Source: Rhizophagus irregularis
Taxonomy: Eukaryota
Length of the DNA: 64,000 nt
Assembly (NCBI RefSeq): GCF_026210795.1
Contig: NC_089430.1
Location: forward strand, 5,766,001 to 5,830,000
Reading direction: 5' to 3'
Part shown: one piece after another, positions 26,110 to 40,588 of the stretch
How the letters are laid out: each line of letters opens with the position of its first letter
How positions within the stretch are numbered: the stretch's first letter is position 1
Notes under the pieces: generated by a model
Databases searched by the model: none
What the model was told of the DNA's origin: nothing
What the model saw: only the letters and a program-made list of their open reading frames with translations
Made by a program: the position numbers and the translations under genes

Positions 26110-26260
26110 TTTGATATCTGAAATACCTCATAATCTCATATATAATTATTCCAATGCTAATTATAATAGACTTTAAATGTTAATTAGAATAAAATCCTTT
26201 AAGGTATATGATCATCATGTTTTAATGCAACTCTCAATTACAATCAGTAATATTAGGAGA
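26110..26260 (+). mobile_element. Possible CACTA/EnSpm transposase remnant
   Basis: FKVYDHHVLMQLSITI (~26198-26245) resembles the CACTA motif LKSHDCHVLMQQLLP. The surrounding 24-27 kb is decayed and CpG-poor. Confidence 0.3.
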
Positions 26261-27339
26261 TAATAACACATCCAAAAAATAAAATGAAACCAATTTTCCA
26301 TATGTTTCTAAATTATTTTTATCATGTCAAGACTTTATTAAGATGAATTTTGCCATTTAATTTGTTAATCCATTAACTCATTTCTTGGAATACATTTGAA
26401 TCAGATTTATTGTACCACACTAAACACATATTTCAAATAAAATATTTGGACATTATTTTCAGGCATGTGACTTTGGTGACAAGATTTAGGGCTTCTTTTA
26501 TGAATATCTCATTGTAACAGTTACTTTTTAACATTTAACCTACATATTGTAAGTGAAACTGTGAAAATTGAAAATGATATGTAGTATACAAATTCTGTGT
26601 TAATAATTTTTTTTTGTCCTTTAAGTTAAGCAGAAAATGTTCATGTAGCCAGAAAAGGTTTATAAATAAAATTGTTTGGTGCAAAAAACGAGAATGGATT
26701 CTATTATACTGCTGGTAATGATTGTTACATATTTTTGTAACAATTGTTATACATTATTGGTATGATCATTATATATTACTGGTAATAATAAGTATACATT
26801 GGTTGGTAACTTTCTTTCACATAAGTTGGTTAAATATTCACTATTTTTGATACTGTATACAGGATTGTTAAAATCGAAAATTCCAATGAATTCATATTGG
26901 CGCTCTTCGGAATTAGTCATCTGTCATTCATCTTTTGTTTAAATAATTTTTAATATTAGCCCAAATAACCTAAATGAATCATATAAAAAAAATTTTTCTC
27001 TTTCTCAAAAGGAAAAATATTACTGATTTTTTTTTTAAAAAAAAGAATTTCAGAAATTGTATCGCAGAATTCCGAAATTTTTTTCAATAAAAATTTTACG
27101 TTTACTTTTGTATGTCGTCATGCAGTATGTCATAATAAAAAATCCACAATAAAATTAAAGTGCAAACGTCACTTGCCAACTAAATATCGATCGTACTTCA
27201 ATAAATCCCAAAAAAGTATACATTATTAAAATTTTTTATATATAATATTTTTATATTATCGGTTAAAAATGTTACTTTATTATATCTCGTGATTTGCCGA
27301 TCAGTAGCACAAAATGATTAGGGCCAATTAAATTTGGAA

Positions 27340-28790
27340 AATTGCGAAAATTAGCCATTAGCAGTTAGGAAACATAACCTTATATGTGACCTCCTTTTTG
27401 TAAGTACAACACCATAACCACACACTTTATTTGAAGTGGTTTTTTCATAATTTTATATTTTTATTTCAAAATTTTTAGTAGTGGGCAACGTCAGCTTGTT
27501 GTTTTATTACATAGCCACATCCCATGATCGGCGAAGCAATTTCAAGTCATTTTTGTCAAATACCAAGCCATTTTGTTAACTGTAAATATCAATACAATTA
27601 AAATACTGATTTTAGGCTGATTCGGCTAATAGCTTTTTTTGACTAATGCTTTTTTGTTAATATTTAAATTAATGGGGCTTTTTGTTATTAAATATTTAAA
27701 TTATGGCTTTTTTGATTTGTGGCTTTTTTAAGTGCTAAGCCCATTAAGAATTAATATAATTTTAATGTCTTTTTGCATTATTTTTTTTGCATATTTAATT
27801 AATAACAAATAAATATTATCTAGTATTAAATTATTTATTGGTCAAAAATGTTATAGCTTTAAGTTTCAATTATTATCCATTTATATGTTAAGCTTTTTTT
27901 GTCAAATACAAGCCATTTAATCAAATACTAAGACATTTTGATTTGACTAATTGCTTTTTTGCCTAATGTTTTTATGGCTTTTTAATATTTTGATTGATGG
28001 CTTTTTTAAGTGTTAAGAATTAATAAAGACTCAGGCATGTGATCATTTCTTTGAAAATTTTTTATAGGGATGTATATATTAATATATAATAATAGTCTTT
28101 TGCTAAGCTTTTTTTTGTTAATGCTGGCTAAGCTTTTATTGTCAAATACAAGTCATTTTTGCCATATGCAAAGCCATTTTTTTGTTAACCAATAAATTGA
28201 AATTCTGATTTCAGGCTTATTTGCTAATACACGATCTTTAATATATAACAATTATGAATTGAGTTTCAAATTTATATTTATTACAAGTGAAGTTGATGAA
28301 TAAATTACTTTCCATCCTTTATACTTCCCTGTATAAATTTTTCATTAATAATTTGTACAGATTATATTTTAACTTTATGTTTTCATATTTTCGTTTGCCG
28401 GAAATTTTTATAATAATTTGTAATTCTTTTATAAAGCTAACCAGCTACATAAAATTTGATCTGTTTCACATAAAACAGGCAATTTGTTTTATTGATATCC
28501 GTTATTTTAGATAATTTATTATTCATTATTTGAATATTAAAGGAAATATAAATTAATTATAAAAATTAATATATATGTATGTACAGTATGAATATACTGT
28601 ATATAAAAAAAAAATGATTATCATGATAATAGATTAATGATAAAGAATTTTATTGGTGCTAAGTTTTGGCTGTGAATTGTGGCTTTTTGTACTGCAATTC
28701 TGGCTTTGATTAAATTATATTTGGCTAAATTTCTGGATGTTTCTTTTAATTGGAATTAATAACTGTATTACATAATGGGGCTTTTATGTT
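27340..28790. repeat. Dispersed arrays of GGCTTTT/AAGCCATT motifs (subterminal-repeat-like DNA transposon relic)
   Basis: Many ggcttttt/aagccatttt and tttttgtcaaatac..aag copies in both orientations; no clear TIR pair. Confidence 0.4.
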
Positions 28791-28999
28791 TATTTTTTAT
28801 AAATATAAATGGTTTGGAATTTAATGAAACTATTAAACCTCTTTTCTTTTCTTCCCTATTTTTCATCCAAATTCAAATGATAATTTATAAAGTTAATTAA
28901 ACTTAATATTTTTTACCTTTTAAATCTATTTACTACAATAACACAAGCGTAGCAAGGCAACAAAAGCTGCAAAGACTACAAAAACTATTCGTACATACT

Positions 29000-30415
29000 C
29001 TCAAATGACTACTACAAGTTCTAAAACAAATGTTGCCAACTCTTCACGTATAAAAAAAATGTTTAATAATAATAGTAAAACTGTAAAACAATCCAATTTT
29101 GGATGCTCATCGAATTTCTATATGAGAATTCAGAGAAGTATTCATAGAACAACTATCAATAATAAATTTGGCTATAATTTACAGAAGGCATATATAGTAT
29201 TTAAACTATTTAACCATACGTTCTCTACCTTAAAAGTTTGATAATAGAAAGGGTTTTAAGGAAATAATTTATGGATGGCCATTAAAAGTTATAGAAAATA
29301 AATTTATTTTTATGGAACATTTCAAAACCATAAATAAAAGTATTGAAGATAATATAGTTCTAAAAAAATGTGAGGGATGGATGTAATTATCAAGATTTAG
29401 TATGTATATAATATCATAGTGATACAACTCTACAGGTGATTGCTCTGGTGGATCATGAAGTTAACCAGTCTTTCGTATATATACTTTCAAATCATAAATA
29501 CTTTAAATAATAGACAATTAATTTAAAAACATCAAATGTTTTTGTTTGTAAAAAAAAATACATTGAATTCAGTACCACATAGTTCTTGATACAGTATTGT
29601 CAAAAGAACCAGTAAATCTTTCATTACCTCCAATCCACCTTCTTTCCACTTCTGATTAATGGAATTGATCTCTTTTTCATCGGATTTATACCTGAAAATA
29701 AGGTAAAAAAGGTGTTTAATATTAATAGTTAATAATAATAATAAAAAAATACAATCAAATTTTGAAATTTTGATGTTTATTTAATTTCTGTATGGGAATT
29801 CAGAGAAGGGATTAGTATAATTGCATAAACAATATCATCACTAATATGGAGAATATATAATAGATCGATGATTTGAATGCATTAGAAGTTTAGAAAAGAA
29901 TTTCACGAATTCATATGAAATGAGAGAGGAAATCTACATTAGGATACAAAATGTTGACACCATGGAACGAAAGGCCAAGAAAAAACAGAATGTTGTCATG
30001 CACAGCTTATGCGGATGATATGGATTGGACCAAATTCGTCCATATTACGAAAGAGAACTTAACCGCTCTTTACCACAGGATAATAGTGGACCTGATAATA
30101 TTGAAAGGAGTGATGTTCCCACAACAGAAAATTACTCTCAGTATGGAATCATTTTCTGACAGCATAAAAATTCGATTAAAAATGTTTTTGCAATTTTGGT
30201 TGCAGGAAAGAGGAGAATTTCAAGAACTTCAAATTACGCCCACACATATAGTGCTCGAAGCCAATAATCACAGTAATATTTATAGAACAACTGTCAATGA
30301 TAAACTTGGCCATAATTCATATAGATGCAAAAACCAACACTATATTGATTCACCATAGTGACACAACCCTACAGGATGATTGCTCTGATGGATCATGAAG
30401 TTAATAAACACTCTC
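29000..30415 (+). mobile_element. Decayed, rearranged non-LTR retrotransposon (LINE) remnant
   Basis: STLGYKMLTPW...LSCTAYADD (~29933-30020) carries the RT YADD motif. MEHFK...LKKCEG at ~29312-29378. Internal duplications (29140/30277 and 29415/30354). Confidence 0.5.
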
Positions 30416-30456
30416 AGAATTGTAGTATAACTTAAAGAAATGGATGTTCTATGGAG

Positions 30457-30929
30457 GGGTCGCGTTTAACTCACTGACAATTATTTCACTAACAATCATT
30501 TCACTGACAAACGTTTCACCGATATACCAAGTATATATAAAATTAAATATAAATATTTTATAAATATTTTTACATATTTCTTTATATGAAATGGGGAATT
30601 TTTTTTGTTAGTAACACACGTATTTCTTTGTTAGATTTGATAAAATACAAAAAAAAAACTAGATTTCCTTAGGGAAATAGCACATACTTTTCAACAATAG
30701 TTTACTAAAAAGTTTGTATATATATATATATATTTGTTAGTTTTAATTATTTCAATTTATAATAACATATATAAAAAAATAAAAATAATACAATAGATAT
30801 AACTATATGTTATTCTATCATTAGATCTAAACTAAATATTTAAATAAAAAGTTTTTATAATAAAATATCTCATATTCAATATTAATTTTCATGTCAGTGA
30901 AATGATTGTTGGTGAAATGAACCAGGCCC
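30457..30929. mobile_element. Mutator-like MITE (~470 bp)
   Basis: Imperfect ~40-bp TIRs (gggtcgcgtttaactcactgacaattatttcactaaca / tgtcagtgaaatgattgttggtgaaatgaaccaggccc) with ttcactgaca subrepeats. Flanks ctatggag / ctagtggag look like a ~9-bp TSD. Confidence 0.7.
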
Positions 30930-32249
30930 CTAGTGGAGGTATGTTATTACTGATCATGATTTTACTAAATGTAACCTTATTCCATGTGTTATAATTTGCA
31001 ATAAATGAATTATTTCACAGTAGTACAAAATCAATATCATTTACTTTCATTGCATTATGGAGAAATAAATGTTCTACACTGTACAATAACTTCTAAAAAA
31101 GAATACAATATCTCTTAGAATGTTACAAATGAATTGTAATTGTGGTGTGATAAATGAAATGATGTTTGCATATATATAATATATTGTTCCTCAGAAAAGA
31201 TTCTATAATTATGATCAATTTATATTAGAAAGCATTAATTTTTTTGTTATGAAGAAATTCACAAGTTATGGATAGCACATATATTGAGAATTGAGAAATA
31301 TGTAAGAAAATGCAAAACATATACGAAGGTTATTTATGAACAATAATATAAGCGAAATTATAGTGTTGATTGATCTCTGATTATTCTTCCTTTGTACCAC
31401 CACCAACTCATAATTAAAGAGATAAAAATTTGATTATATCACAGTTAACACAAATAGAACTAGAGGTTTTGTTAGTAATACGCATTTTTTATTATATGTA
31501 CGTTTTAAAAATTATTCTTTGTTATTAAAGAAAACATTTATAAGTACATAGTAATTAGAATTTAGAAGAAAAGGACATTTATAATATGCTTTATTTATTA
31601 AAGAACTACTATAAAAAAATCGATGTTTATTGTTTCGTGTAATAAGTATTACCGTATTGTGAACATTTTTTTTACAATAACTTAATTAGGAAAAAAAGAC
31701 TATTTATAATATTAGTTTATAAAAAATAAAGTATTACTTTGTTTTTTTAAGAGTTTAATCTAATATTTGTATTTTCATTATAGAATTATAATGACTTCAG
31801 AACCACTTGTAATAAATGATAATAATAAGCAAACAATATTGCAAAGGAAAATCTTTTCTTACTTGCAATATGCGCCGAATTCAAAATAAGGCAGATGCCG
31901 ATCAATTCAATTGATTTTTCCTGATTTTAGTTATGGCTGATTTATTTGAAAATATGAATTATAATAACTAACGAAACAAAGAAAATCCGGAACTTAAAAT
32001 TTCATATACCGTGAAAATTACTGGTTACATAAATATATTTCAGGGTTCAAAGAAAAAATAACTAGATGTAGAGTAAGGTCATTTACTGGAGATAAACAAA
32101 ATTACTCCGACGCCTTGCTCCAGACGGTTCATTTTCTTTGGTATTATAGAGGAGCGATGAATGAAAGAAATAATTTTAATTTTCGGATATATTTTAAAAA
32201 ATTTATTTTTGATTGAAAGGTTAAAATTAACGCTACCAAAAAAAGATCT

Positions 32250-32870
32250 CAATAATTTTTTCCTCAATTTTTTAATTTTATTTTTAGTGATATGATTTTT
32301 TTTTCATCAAAATAAATTAAGAAATTTTTTTTTTAAAAAAAAAAGAATTAAATTTTCTTCACGTAAACCAAAATATATTTAAGATTTGGATTTTGGATTT
32401 TGAATCCTACAATTATTAAGTTAATCGCTTTGTAATTTTGATACTGTTTTGAATATTTGTTGCGTTATTTCAATATTGATAAAATAAGATCAATGAATGA
32501 ATAAAGCAAAAAAAAAAAAGAAAAAAATAATTTTTACTAATAAGAAAAAAAAGAATATAATAAGATAGGTAAAAAAAAAAATCATGTAACACATAATCAT
32601 GCGATGTTGTAAAAAATCTAACATTACCTAATCACTAAACAATAACCTTTATATTTGCCGACGAGCCTTTTTATAATATGCTTCACAATTATCTTTTAGT
32701 TATATTTACGGTAAAAACGGTTATAAAAATATTTTTGAAGTTCTTTTTTTATGAAAAAGATCCAATTTCATTTCATTAAAATAAAGAATGTGGAAAGATA
32801 TATCGCGAAGATTGCAAACTTTCTTCAGATTTTAACATTTTTTCAAAAATGAAATGAAAAAAAGAGTAAA
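32250..32870 (+). repeat. ~620-bp non-coding segment duplicated at 42900-43495 (copy 1)
   Basis: Colinear shared blocks: aattattaagttaatcgctttgtaa, atcatgtaacacataatcatgcgatg, cttcagattttaaca. Confidence 0.85.
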
Positions 32871-34449
32871 AAATAAAATTTTTTTGATTTTTTTTCAGAA
32901 TTTCATGTTGCAGATAAGCAATTTTTGATACAAATATTTGTTCCTTCTATTAAAAAATTGAAAAATTAAAATTACTTCCTTTTTGTTATTACAGAATATC
33001 AGACATTATGCAACACGAAGACATACGTGATATATTCCATAGCTTCCGTCATTAAATTCATTTTATAGGCGCAAGCTAATCTTACCTGATACTCAAACAT
33101 TCTAATTGTTTTTACTTCATAGGCCATAATGCGACATACGACATTAGCGCACAATTTAGTTCATGTGACACACGTAGTAACTTTTAAAAGCATGCTTTGT
33201 ATGTCGATGAGACGAATAGTTGTGGAGTCCGGTGACATTTGGCGTTATCCGGCTATTTAAGTATTTGATATATTTTATTAACATGAATATAAAGTTTGAA
33301 ATTCGAATAACATTAAATGGGACAAAATAACATATAATATTCACTTCCAATATTCATACTGTCTGAAATTTATAAAGCATATTACTTTACCTTGGAATAA
33401 ATTTTCTTTGATAATGTACAGATGTTCCATATTTTGTTTAGTATACTAGTATATAAAAAAAATGATGTTCTAACAAAATCTTACAATTGCAAGAAATAAT
33501 GTTCAAAGAAAATTATTATAGTCATAATCAAATTAACGCTTTGTTAACGTGCAACAAATTAGTATTTTTTGACATTTACTTGTAATTATAAAGATTGTGA
33601 CATAATAATTTCATATGGTTACTTAAAACATTTTTTAACTATTAAACATGACTTTCAAATTTGTAAGTACGTCGTATTTTTTTTGGCAAATATTTTCAGC
33701 TAAATTAAAAACGATTTTGGTTTATGATTTTTTTCGAGAGGTTATCTTTTTTTTTATTGACTTATTTTTGAAGATGAAAGAAATGGCGCTATTGCTTAAG
33801 ATAACATACTGTACATGGACTTACATCACTAGACGAATAATACTGATATTTTCTTAAATTTTTGATTTGAGAATAGGAAATCTTTTCATTGTTCTTTTTA
33901 AACAATTATTTTGAGTTCATTGCAACGTTCATTCGAAGTCAATGATTTTGTGTAACAATTGTTTTGGCATATTTCTAAAACACAAATTATAGTTCAGGAT
34001 ACATGTGACTGCGATTATCTGAAATGGAAAAATTAACAAAGCAAAAGTGTTACGTAATTCGAGAATCATTCAAAAAGGAAATGGTTGAAAGTGATGCTTA
34101 TCAGTTATCAACGCTATTCTACGAAAAAAAAAAAATTTATTATTATTATTATTATTATTTGTTGTCTTTTACTAAAAAGGTCTGAAAATTCGGTTTATTT
34201 ACTGCTACACTAGTGACTGTATGCAACATTATTATTCTATGAAGAATTCAGCTCAGAAATTTATTCCATACAGAAATTCTTGCCATGAAATGAATAAAAT
34301 ATAAATAATTAAAAGAAAAAACCTCTTATTTACAAAACTTTTTGTAATTTCTTTTTCAAAAAAAGCATCTCTTGTCAATTTTATTTTTCTTTAAACACAA
34401 ACCTTTTGTAATTTCTTCTTAAAATTTGACCTCGCGAATAATACAAGTA

Positions 34450-34722
34450 ATGCCTTTTGCCATCCCCATTAAACCGTGGCCATGTGATACCTCGGCGCGG
34501 AAAATTCCAAATAAAGCAATTAATCGTAGCGATTTGAACCCAAATAATGAAGCAAGTAGCAGTTCGAACGATCAAATTCCAAATAAAACAAATAATAGTA
34601 ACAGTTTGAACGATCCAAATAAAGCTAATGATTATGTAACAAGTTTGAACGATCAAATCAAAATTTACGGAGTAGCGATAAAGTCGTTATACCGCAAACG
34701 ATTTGACTTAGAATTGTTTTAG
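34450..34722 (+). CDS. Small hypothetical protein (90 aa) with N-rich PNK..N....LND repeats
   Basis: ATG 34450 to TAG 34722; locally GC-richer; three diverged internal repeats; no recognisable domain. Confidence 0.35.
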   Translation: MPFAIPIKPWPCDTSARKIPNKAINRSDLNPNNEASSSSNDQIPNKTNNSNSLNDPNKANDYVTSLNDQIKIYGVAIKSLYRKRFDLELF

Positions 34723-35861
34723 TGGACGATATCATAATCGTTATACCTTACATTCATTAATTTATCGTTAAATGATTGCATTAAAATTTCGATATACTCG
34801 ATTAAATATATATATTTAATTTTTCGAAGTGAAATACAGCATTTTTTTTATATAACTTATGGTTTCGTAATTGCTAAAATTTATTATTCTACTTTATTTA
34901 TTCTATTGTATTTATTTTATTCTATTTTATTTATTTTATTATGTAATTTTTTTTTTTACACGTATTACATGTAATAATTAATAAATTACACTACCTTATT
35001 TTTTAATAATAAATTGTATAAAAAATTTTCTGAAGTATGTTGCTATACCACAGCGGCACAGCTTTGAATAATCAAAATTATTTTCGTAGGTTGACAAAAG
35101 CCCAAATAAAAAAAAAGTCTTGAAGACCGTTAGTTTAATCAAGATCTAAATGAGTGAATACAAAAATTTCTCAAAATCTGTTACAAAAATGACGTGTAAT
35201 ATTTGTAATGATCTTCTATCATTGCTTGCTTCCAATAGTTTTTACGATCGTTTAAGCTGACATAAATCTTGTAGAAAAGGAATATTAATAATCTTATGAT
35301 GCGATATAATGAAGGGTTTAATTGATGTAATCCCTAATTACGCATTAATAAAAAAATTATGTTACTGGTATATATAATTTTTGTATATTTGATAAAAAAA
35401 AAGATTACCGGGACAGAATTCTGAAACACTATTCATTATTGTCGTTGATACTTAAGCATCATACTATGTATAGAATTATTAAAAGACTATCATGAAGTCT
35501 AATGATATGAATTTGGGAAAATAAATTTTAGAATTAAAGTCAAAGATGTTTATACATATATTTTATTTGTTTTTCATATTAATTGTCTCATTGTTTTGAA
35601 ATTTGTAATTGAATATGTGATTATATTAACCGGTGGTTTACAATTGAGTGAACTTTATTTTAATAAGAAATTTATCATTACAATATTTTTCTTTAGTGCT
35701 TTGTTATATACTGTAAATGTGAGTATTGCGTAACTGATGAGCAACTTTAGCAACTATGCTGTAAAATTTTACGTATATAAGCTAAAAAGAAACCAAATTT
35801 ACAATTAATTATAAATCAAGGCATAAGAGAGTGAACAGGCAAATGTTCATTAATACCTTAT

Positions 35862-36338
35862 TCAATATTCATCGCTATCTTCATCTGTACTTGAAGGTAC
35901 TTCATCTCCACTTTCTTTGTCTTCCAATTTTGCAGATTTAATTTCACAATAACAAAACTCTCTATTATAATCAGGTCCATCTTCGCTTTCGCCAAAGTGT
36001 ATTTCCGTTTCGTGCTCCCTATAGTATTTGTCTCTAGCATATTGAATACAACCTGAATTTTTGTATAACCGTCGTGCTTCTCTTCTCATTGCTTCTTGAG
36101 CTAGTTTCTTGGAGACAAAGCAGCGACATTCAATTGAATATTCAACAGCTTTATATGGAGAAAAAAACATCGATAAGACCCAGACTTCAGCTGGAGTTTT
36201 GGCTGGTATTTTGGCTGGAGTTTTAGCTGAAGTCTTAGCTGGAGTCTTAGCTGGAAGTAGTTAAGAAATGATAAGATAAATTATTAAAATACAAAAAACA
36301 CTTCTAATACCTTTAACTTGCGAGTTCCCTGTTGACAT
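35862..36338 (-). CDS. Hypothetical protein (~138 aa, 2 exons) with PAKT repeats and acidic tail
   Basis: Exon 36338-36311 (MSTGNSQVK), phase-1 intron, exon 36250-35862 in frame with the listed 102-aa ORF. Confidence 0.65.
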
Positions 36339-38520
36339 TTTCTTTATTTTTTTTTGTTATTATTTATTGATGAACAATTTTTTCAACGGTGATAAGAGAT
36401 AAATTCAATATATAAAAACAAATCAAGCAAAAAAAAATATCTTTCGATCTTTTATAGATTCTGATAACTACGTTGTGAAACCTGAATATGCGTGTGTTTT
36501 TTCCTATAGAAGTTGATGAAGCAATAATGACGTAATTAAATATCCCTTAACGTTAAGATTTTAGGAATTTTACCATTTTGCAGATCATATATATATTAAA
36601 TTATAATCCGTAGCATATAAATTCCTTAGCTTCTTAGTATGCATCAGTTACGTTATATATACGACATCATACCTCACTAATTCACGAGTTTTTCTGAAAT
36701 TTTAGTGTCTCGAGCGCCAGATTCAGTTATCTCATCCAGTTGATACAGCTAATTACGAAAAATAAATGAAGAGGCTTAATAAGAGACCTTTTTAACAAGA
36801 TAATGAAAATATTTTTTATGGTAAGTTTATTACCTTAAAACAGAAAAGTTAAACCCTTAAAATATAAATTTCATTGTTTAAATGACTACATAGAACTTAT
36901 AAGTCATTATTTAATTATTTATTTATTATAGGTTTTATAAGCCAAACTGAATATTTATGTTATTTATGTAATAATAAGTTGGAGTAAAAGAATCAATTAT
37001 TGGCTCGGCAATATCAAACAGGGATTCTTTGAATTTTGTCTGAAGAAACTTGTCAAAATTTGATTATTTGAAGTACTGCTAAGCAGATTTATAAATACTC
37101 TTGTTCTTGATTAAAGATAAAATCGAGAAAATTATCGAATTAGTGAGAATGAGAGATTGGGTGATTTGTCGATTAGTACGACATAAAAGTTTTCACGACG
37201 TCATTATTTGAAGACTATTTTTTTAGAGAGTATTTCATATGAAAGATTTCTTTAGGTTCCTATTTCGATTTCAACCGATTTTAACGTTTCTACCGTAAGT
37301 TTTGTTATAGAAGTTTATTTTTGATACTTTTGGTTTATTATGAAGAGAGGATTTATCTTTTTATTTAAACTTTTTGGTAAATTTGCAATTTTTTATAACA
37401 ATTAATTCTAATTTAACTTCACTAATTGCTCATACATTCTTGTTTCTAAATATTTTAGTGTTTAATATAAAGGAAAGTTTTTTTTTTAAAGGAATAATTT
37501 ACCTTTTATTATAATCTAATAATTTTTTATATAATTTGTTGTTCTTCCCTAATAAATTTATTTTTTAATTAATGTGTGAGATAAATTTATATTATACTTA
37601 ATTTGATTTTAGTTGCTTTCTGGTATTTTTTATATAATTGATCGAAAAGTCACCTGATACACTAATTTGATACAGGAATTGCTTGTAACTTTTAAATTTG
37701 AAGAAAAGAATGAAAAGTAATTAAATTTAGTTATAATTACCAATCACACAAATTTGATTCTTTAAAATTAATAGAGCCAATCGAGCCATATGAAAAATTT
37801 AACACTTCGGAAGATAAAAAAAGTCTAGTGTTATTGCAAAGGCTCAGTTTTAATAAATATGCTATAACTATGGAGGGTTTGATCACTTCGATGTATTAAA
37901 ACAACAGTTAAAAAGTTACAAAATGAAAATTTTTTATTAAATTTTTACTAAAAGTTGCTATTAACAACTATGTAATTCACATTGACGTATCTTGTTTTAC
38001 GTGAACAATTGCTGAGGATGTTAATTTTATTCATGGTTTTTTTTTATAATCCATGTGAACAAGATTACAGAAAGAGTTAATTTTATTCATGGTTAAACTG
38101 TTGAATTAGCTCAGGTTCTTTTTAAATAAAACGTGCGTAAATTAAATTCTAAAGTAGAATTTATTTTATTATACAGAATAAGAAGCAGAATTTATACTAA
38201 TGCAGCTTGAATAAAAGCTGGTTTAACTAAATAACATTAACAAATCCATGTTTAGTTCATATATCAAAAAAGAAGTTTGTATTCACATTGTAGAATTAAT
38301 TTATTATTTAGAATCTCTAAAATCAGAAATACTAAATTATCAAATAAAAAACTTTTTGAACATTTGACGTAGTATTATTTTGTCGATCTATGTTACACTT
38401 ATGTCGTGCATGCGTAAATCGGAAAACGAAAAATTTTTTTGTGACATTCAGCTTTTTCTGCTGCTGTTGAGTTGCACATTTTTGTTAACTATAAAGTTTC
38501 TTAAATTTATCTATTGAACT

Positions 38521-39957
38521 ATGGATTATGGGGAATGCAAATATTGTAAACGAAAATATACCGGAAATGAATACTGTAAAGCATGTAATGTAAAACATTT
38601 CCAACAAAATTTTAAAAATTGGACTAGTGGTAATAACGACATTGACAAAATTTTTCAAGACAAACAACTATCAGCGAATTTTTATGATCAAGTATTAGAG
38701 TGGATACCTTACAATAAATTATATGATATTGAATATATTGCAAAAGGTGGTTTTGGAAAAGTTATAGAGCAAAATGGATTGATGGACATATATAGTATTG
38801 GGATAATAAAAATGAAAATTGGAAACGATATGCTTCCAATAAGTTTGTAGCTCTGAAAAGTTTAAAATTCTGAAAATATTACATTAGAATTTATCAATGA
38901 GGTATTACCTAATTTCTTAATTTAATGAAATTTTTAAATACGATTTTTACTAACTGATTTTTTAAATGTATATAGATAACAATGCACTGTAAGACTATTA
39001 TGGATGGCTCAATTTCCGTTTTTAGAGTTTATGGAATTACACAAGACCCAGAAACAAAAAATTACATGATGGTTCTGAATTATGCAGAGAATGGAAGTTT
39101 AAGAACTTATTTGGATAAAAATCATTATGAATTAACTTGGTATATTAAGATATCATATTTATGGCATATTACACTAGGACTTAAGAGTATTCATGAAAAA
39201 GAACTAATTCATCGAGATTTACATATTGGAAATCTACTTCATTTTTCAAGTGATAGTTCTATAAATGGTTTTACTTCTATAACCGGTATGGGATTATGTG
39301 AACCTGCAGATTATAATACATCGAAAAACACAAAAAACAGTATATACGGTGTTTTACCTTATATTGCTCCTGAAGTTTTAAGAGAACAAAATTATCCTAA
39401 AGTTGCTGATATTTATAGTTCGGTATAATTATGTATGAAGTAATTTCTGGACTACCTCCATACCATGATGTAAGCCATGATAAAAATTTAGTAATAAAAA
39501 TTTGTCAAGGACTTAGGCAAGATTCAGTAACTGGTAATATTAAAATACCTCAATTAATTGTGAGTTTAATTAAAAGATGCTTGGATGCAAATCCATTAAA
39601 TCGACCTACGGCAAAAGAAGTTCAAGTTGTTTTATATCGATGGGTTCTTTTGGTACCAGAAATACTAAAACAAATTGAAGAAGCAGAAGAAATCTACCAA
39701 CTAACAGTGTTCCATCAACTAGTTTATCATACTAAACACATTCCGAAGCTGTTTATACAAGTAGATTACTTAATTTTAATAATCTTCCAGAGCCAAAAAA
39801 TTCAGATGATTATTATGACGAACAAAATGATAATATGATTCAGGTAAATACTATAATAATTTTGTATGAATCAAATGTAAAAAATACTAATATATCTTAT
39901 TACATTAAATAGAATCTTTACAAATCGATATTTCTCAATTGGCAATTAAAGATAATG
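38521..39957 (+). pseudogene. Single-N-lobe kinase K2, frameshifted (ancestral-type architecture)
   Basis: CxxC-x9-CxxC, FQQNFKNWTSGN, GGFGK, same phase-0 intron (38902-38975), HRDLHIGN, GMG in place of DFG, APE. Frameshifts at ~38762, ~38865, ~39420, ~39517, ~39692. Confidence 0.8.
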
Positions 39958-40588
39958 TTGTTACGTATATATTTTAATTTATTTTAAAAAATAATTTTAA
40001 TAGTTAATTCATATTATCTCATATTACAGGCAAATCAAAGATTATTCAACTTATTAAATTAGTAGTTTTCTATCTTTTTGTTTTATTTATTTAAACTATG
40101 TTAAAGTTTTTCTCAACATTTATATATTTCTTCTCTTTGTTTTTACTATAATTTTATATTGAGTGATAGGATAATTCGATTAAGTTTAGCATTATATGAT
40201 TGCATTAAAATAAGTTTTACAATCACTTTAATCTCCCGATAAAATTTTTAATTTAAAAGTGTTTTACTATAACAGATAATGAATTATTAATATTAAATCA
40301 GACTTATTATGTTGAAAAGATTTTAATGATTTTATTATTTTATTTAAGTGGATAGTTAATTGGATAATGTGTCAGTCATTTCCAAATATTAAGATCAGAC
40401 AAAATAATAGGTAATATTCACGATCCTAAGTCCTGACAAGAGTCTTAGACATTTAAAATCATTGTTTGAATCATACTTTCAGATTTCTCAAATTCTTAAT
40501 CCTAATACGTTAAATATTTTGGCGAAATGTCACTAGTTGAAGATCTTTCTCATGAAATTCGCTTTAATACTCGTAATTTCCTTTTTTT

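Noticed and set aside
29951..30358. Intact 135-aa gene
   Set aside because: Appears to be a chimeric LINE fragment (YADD) in decayed sequence.
32079..32267. ORF with GVGVIL (Nudix-like start)
   Set aside because: No Nudix box, and it overlaps the non-coding duplicate.
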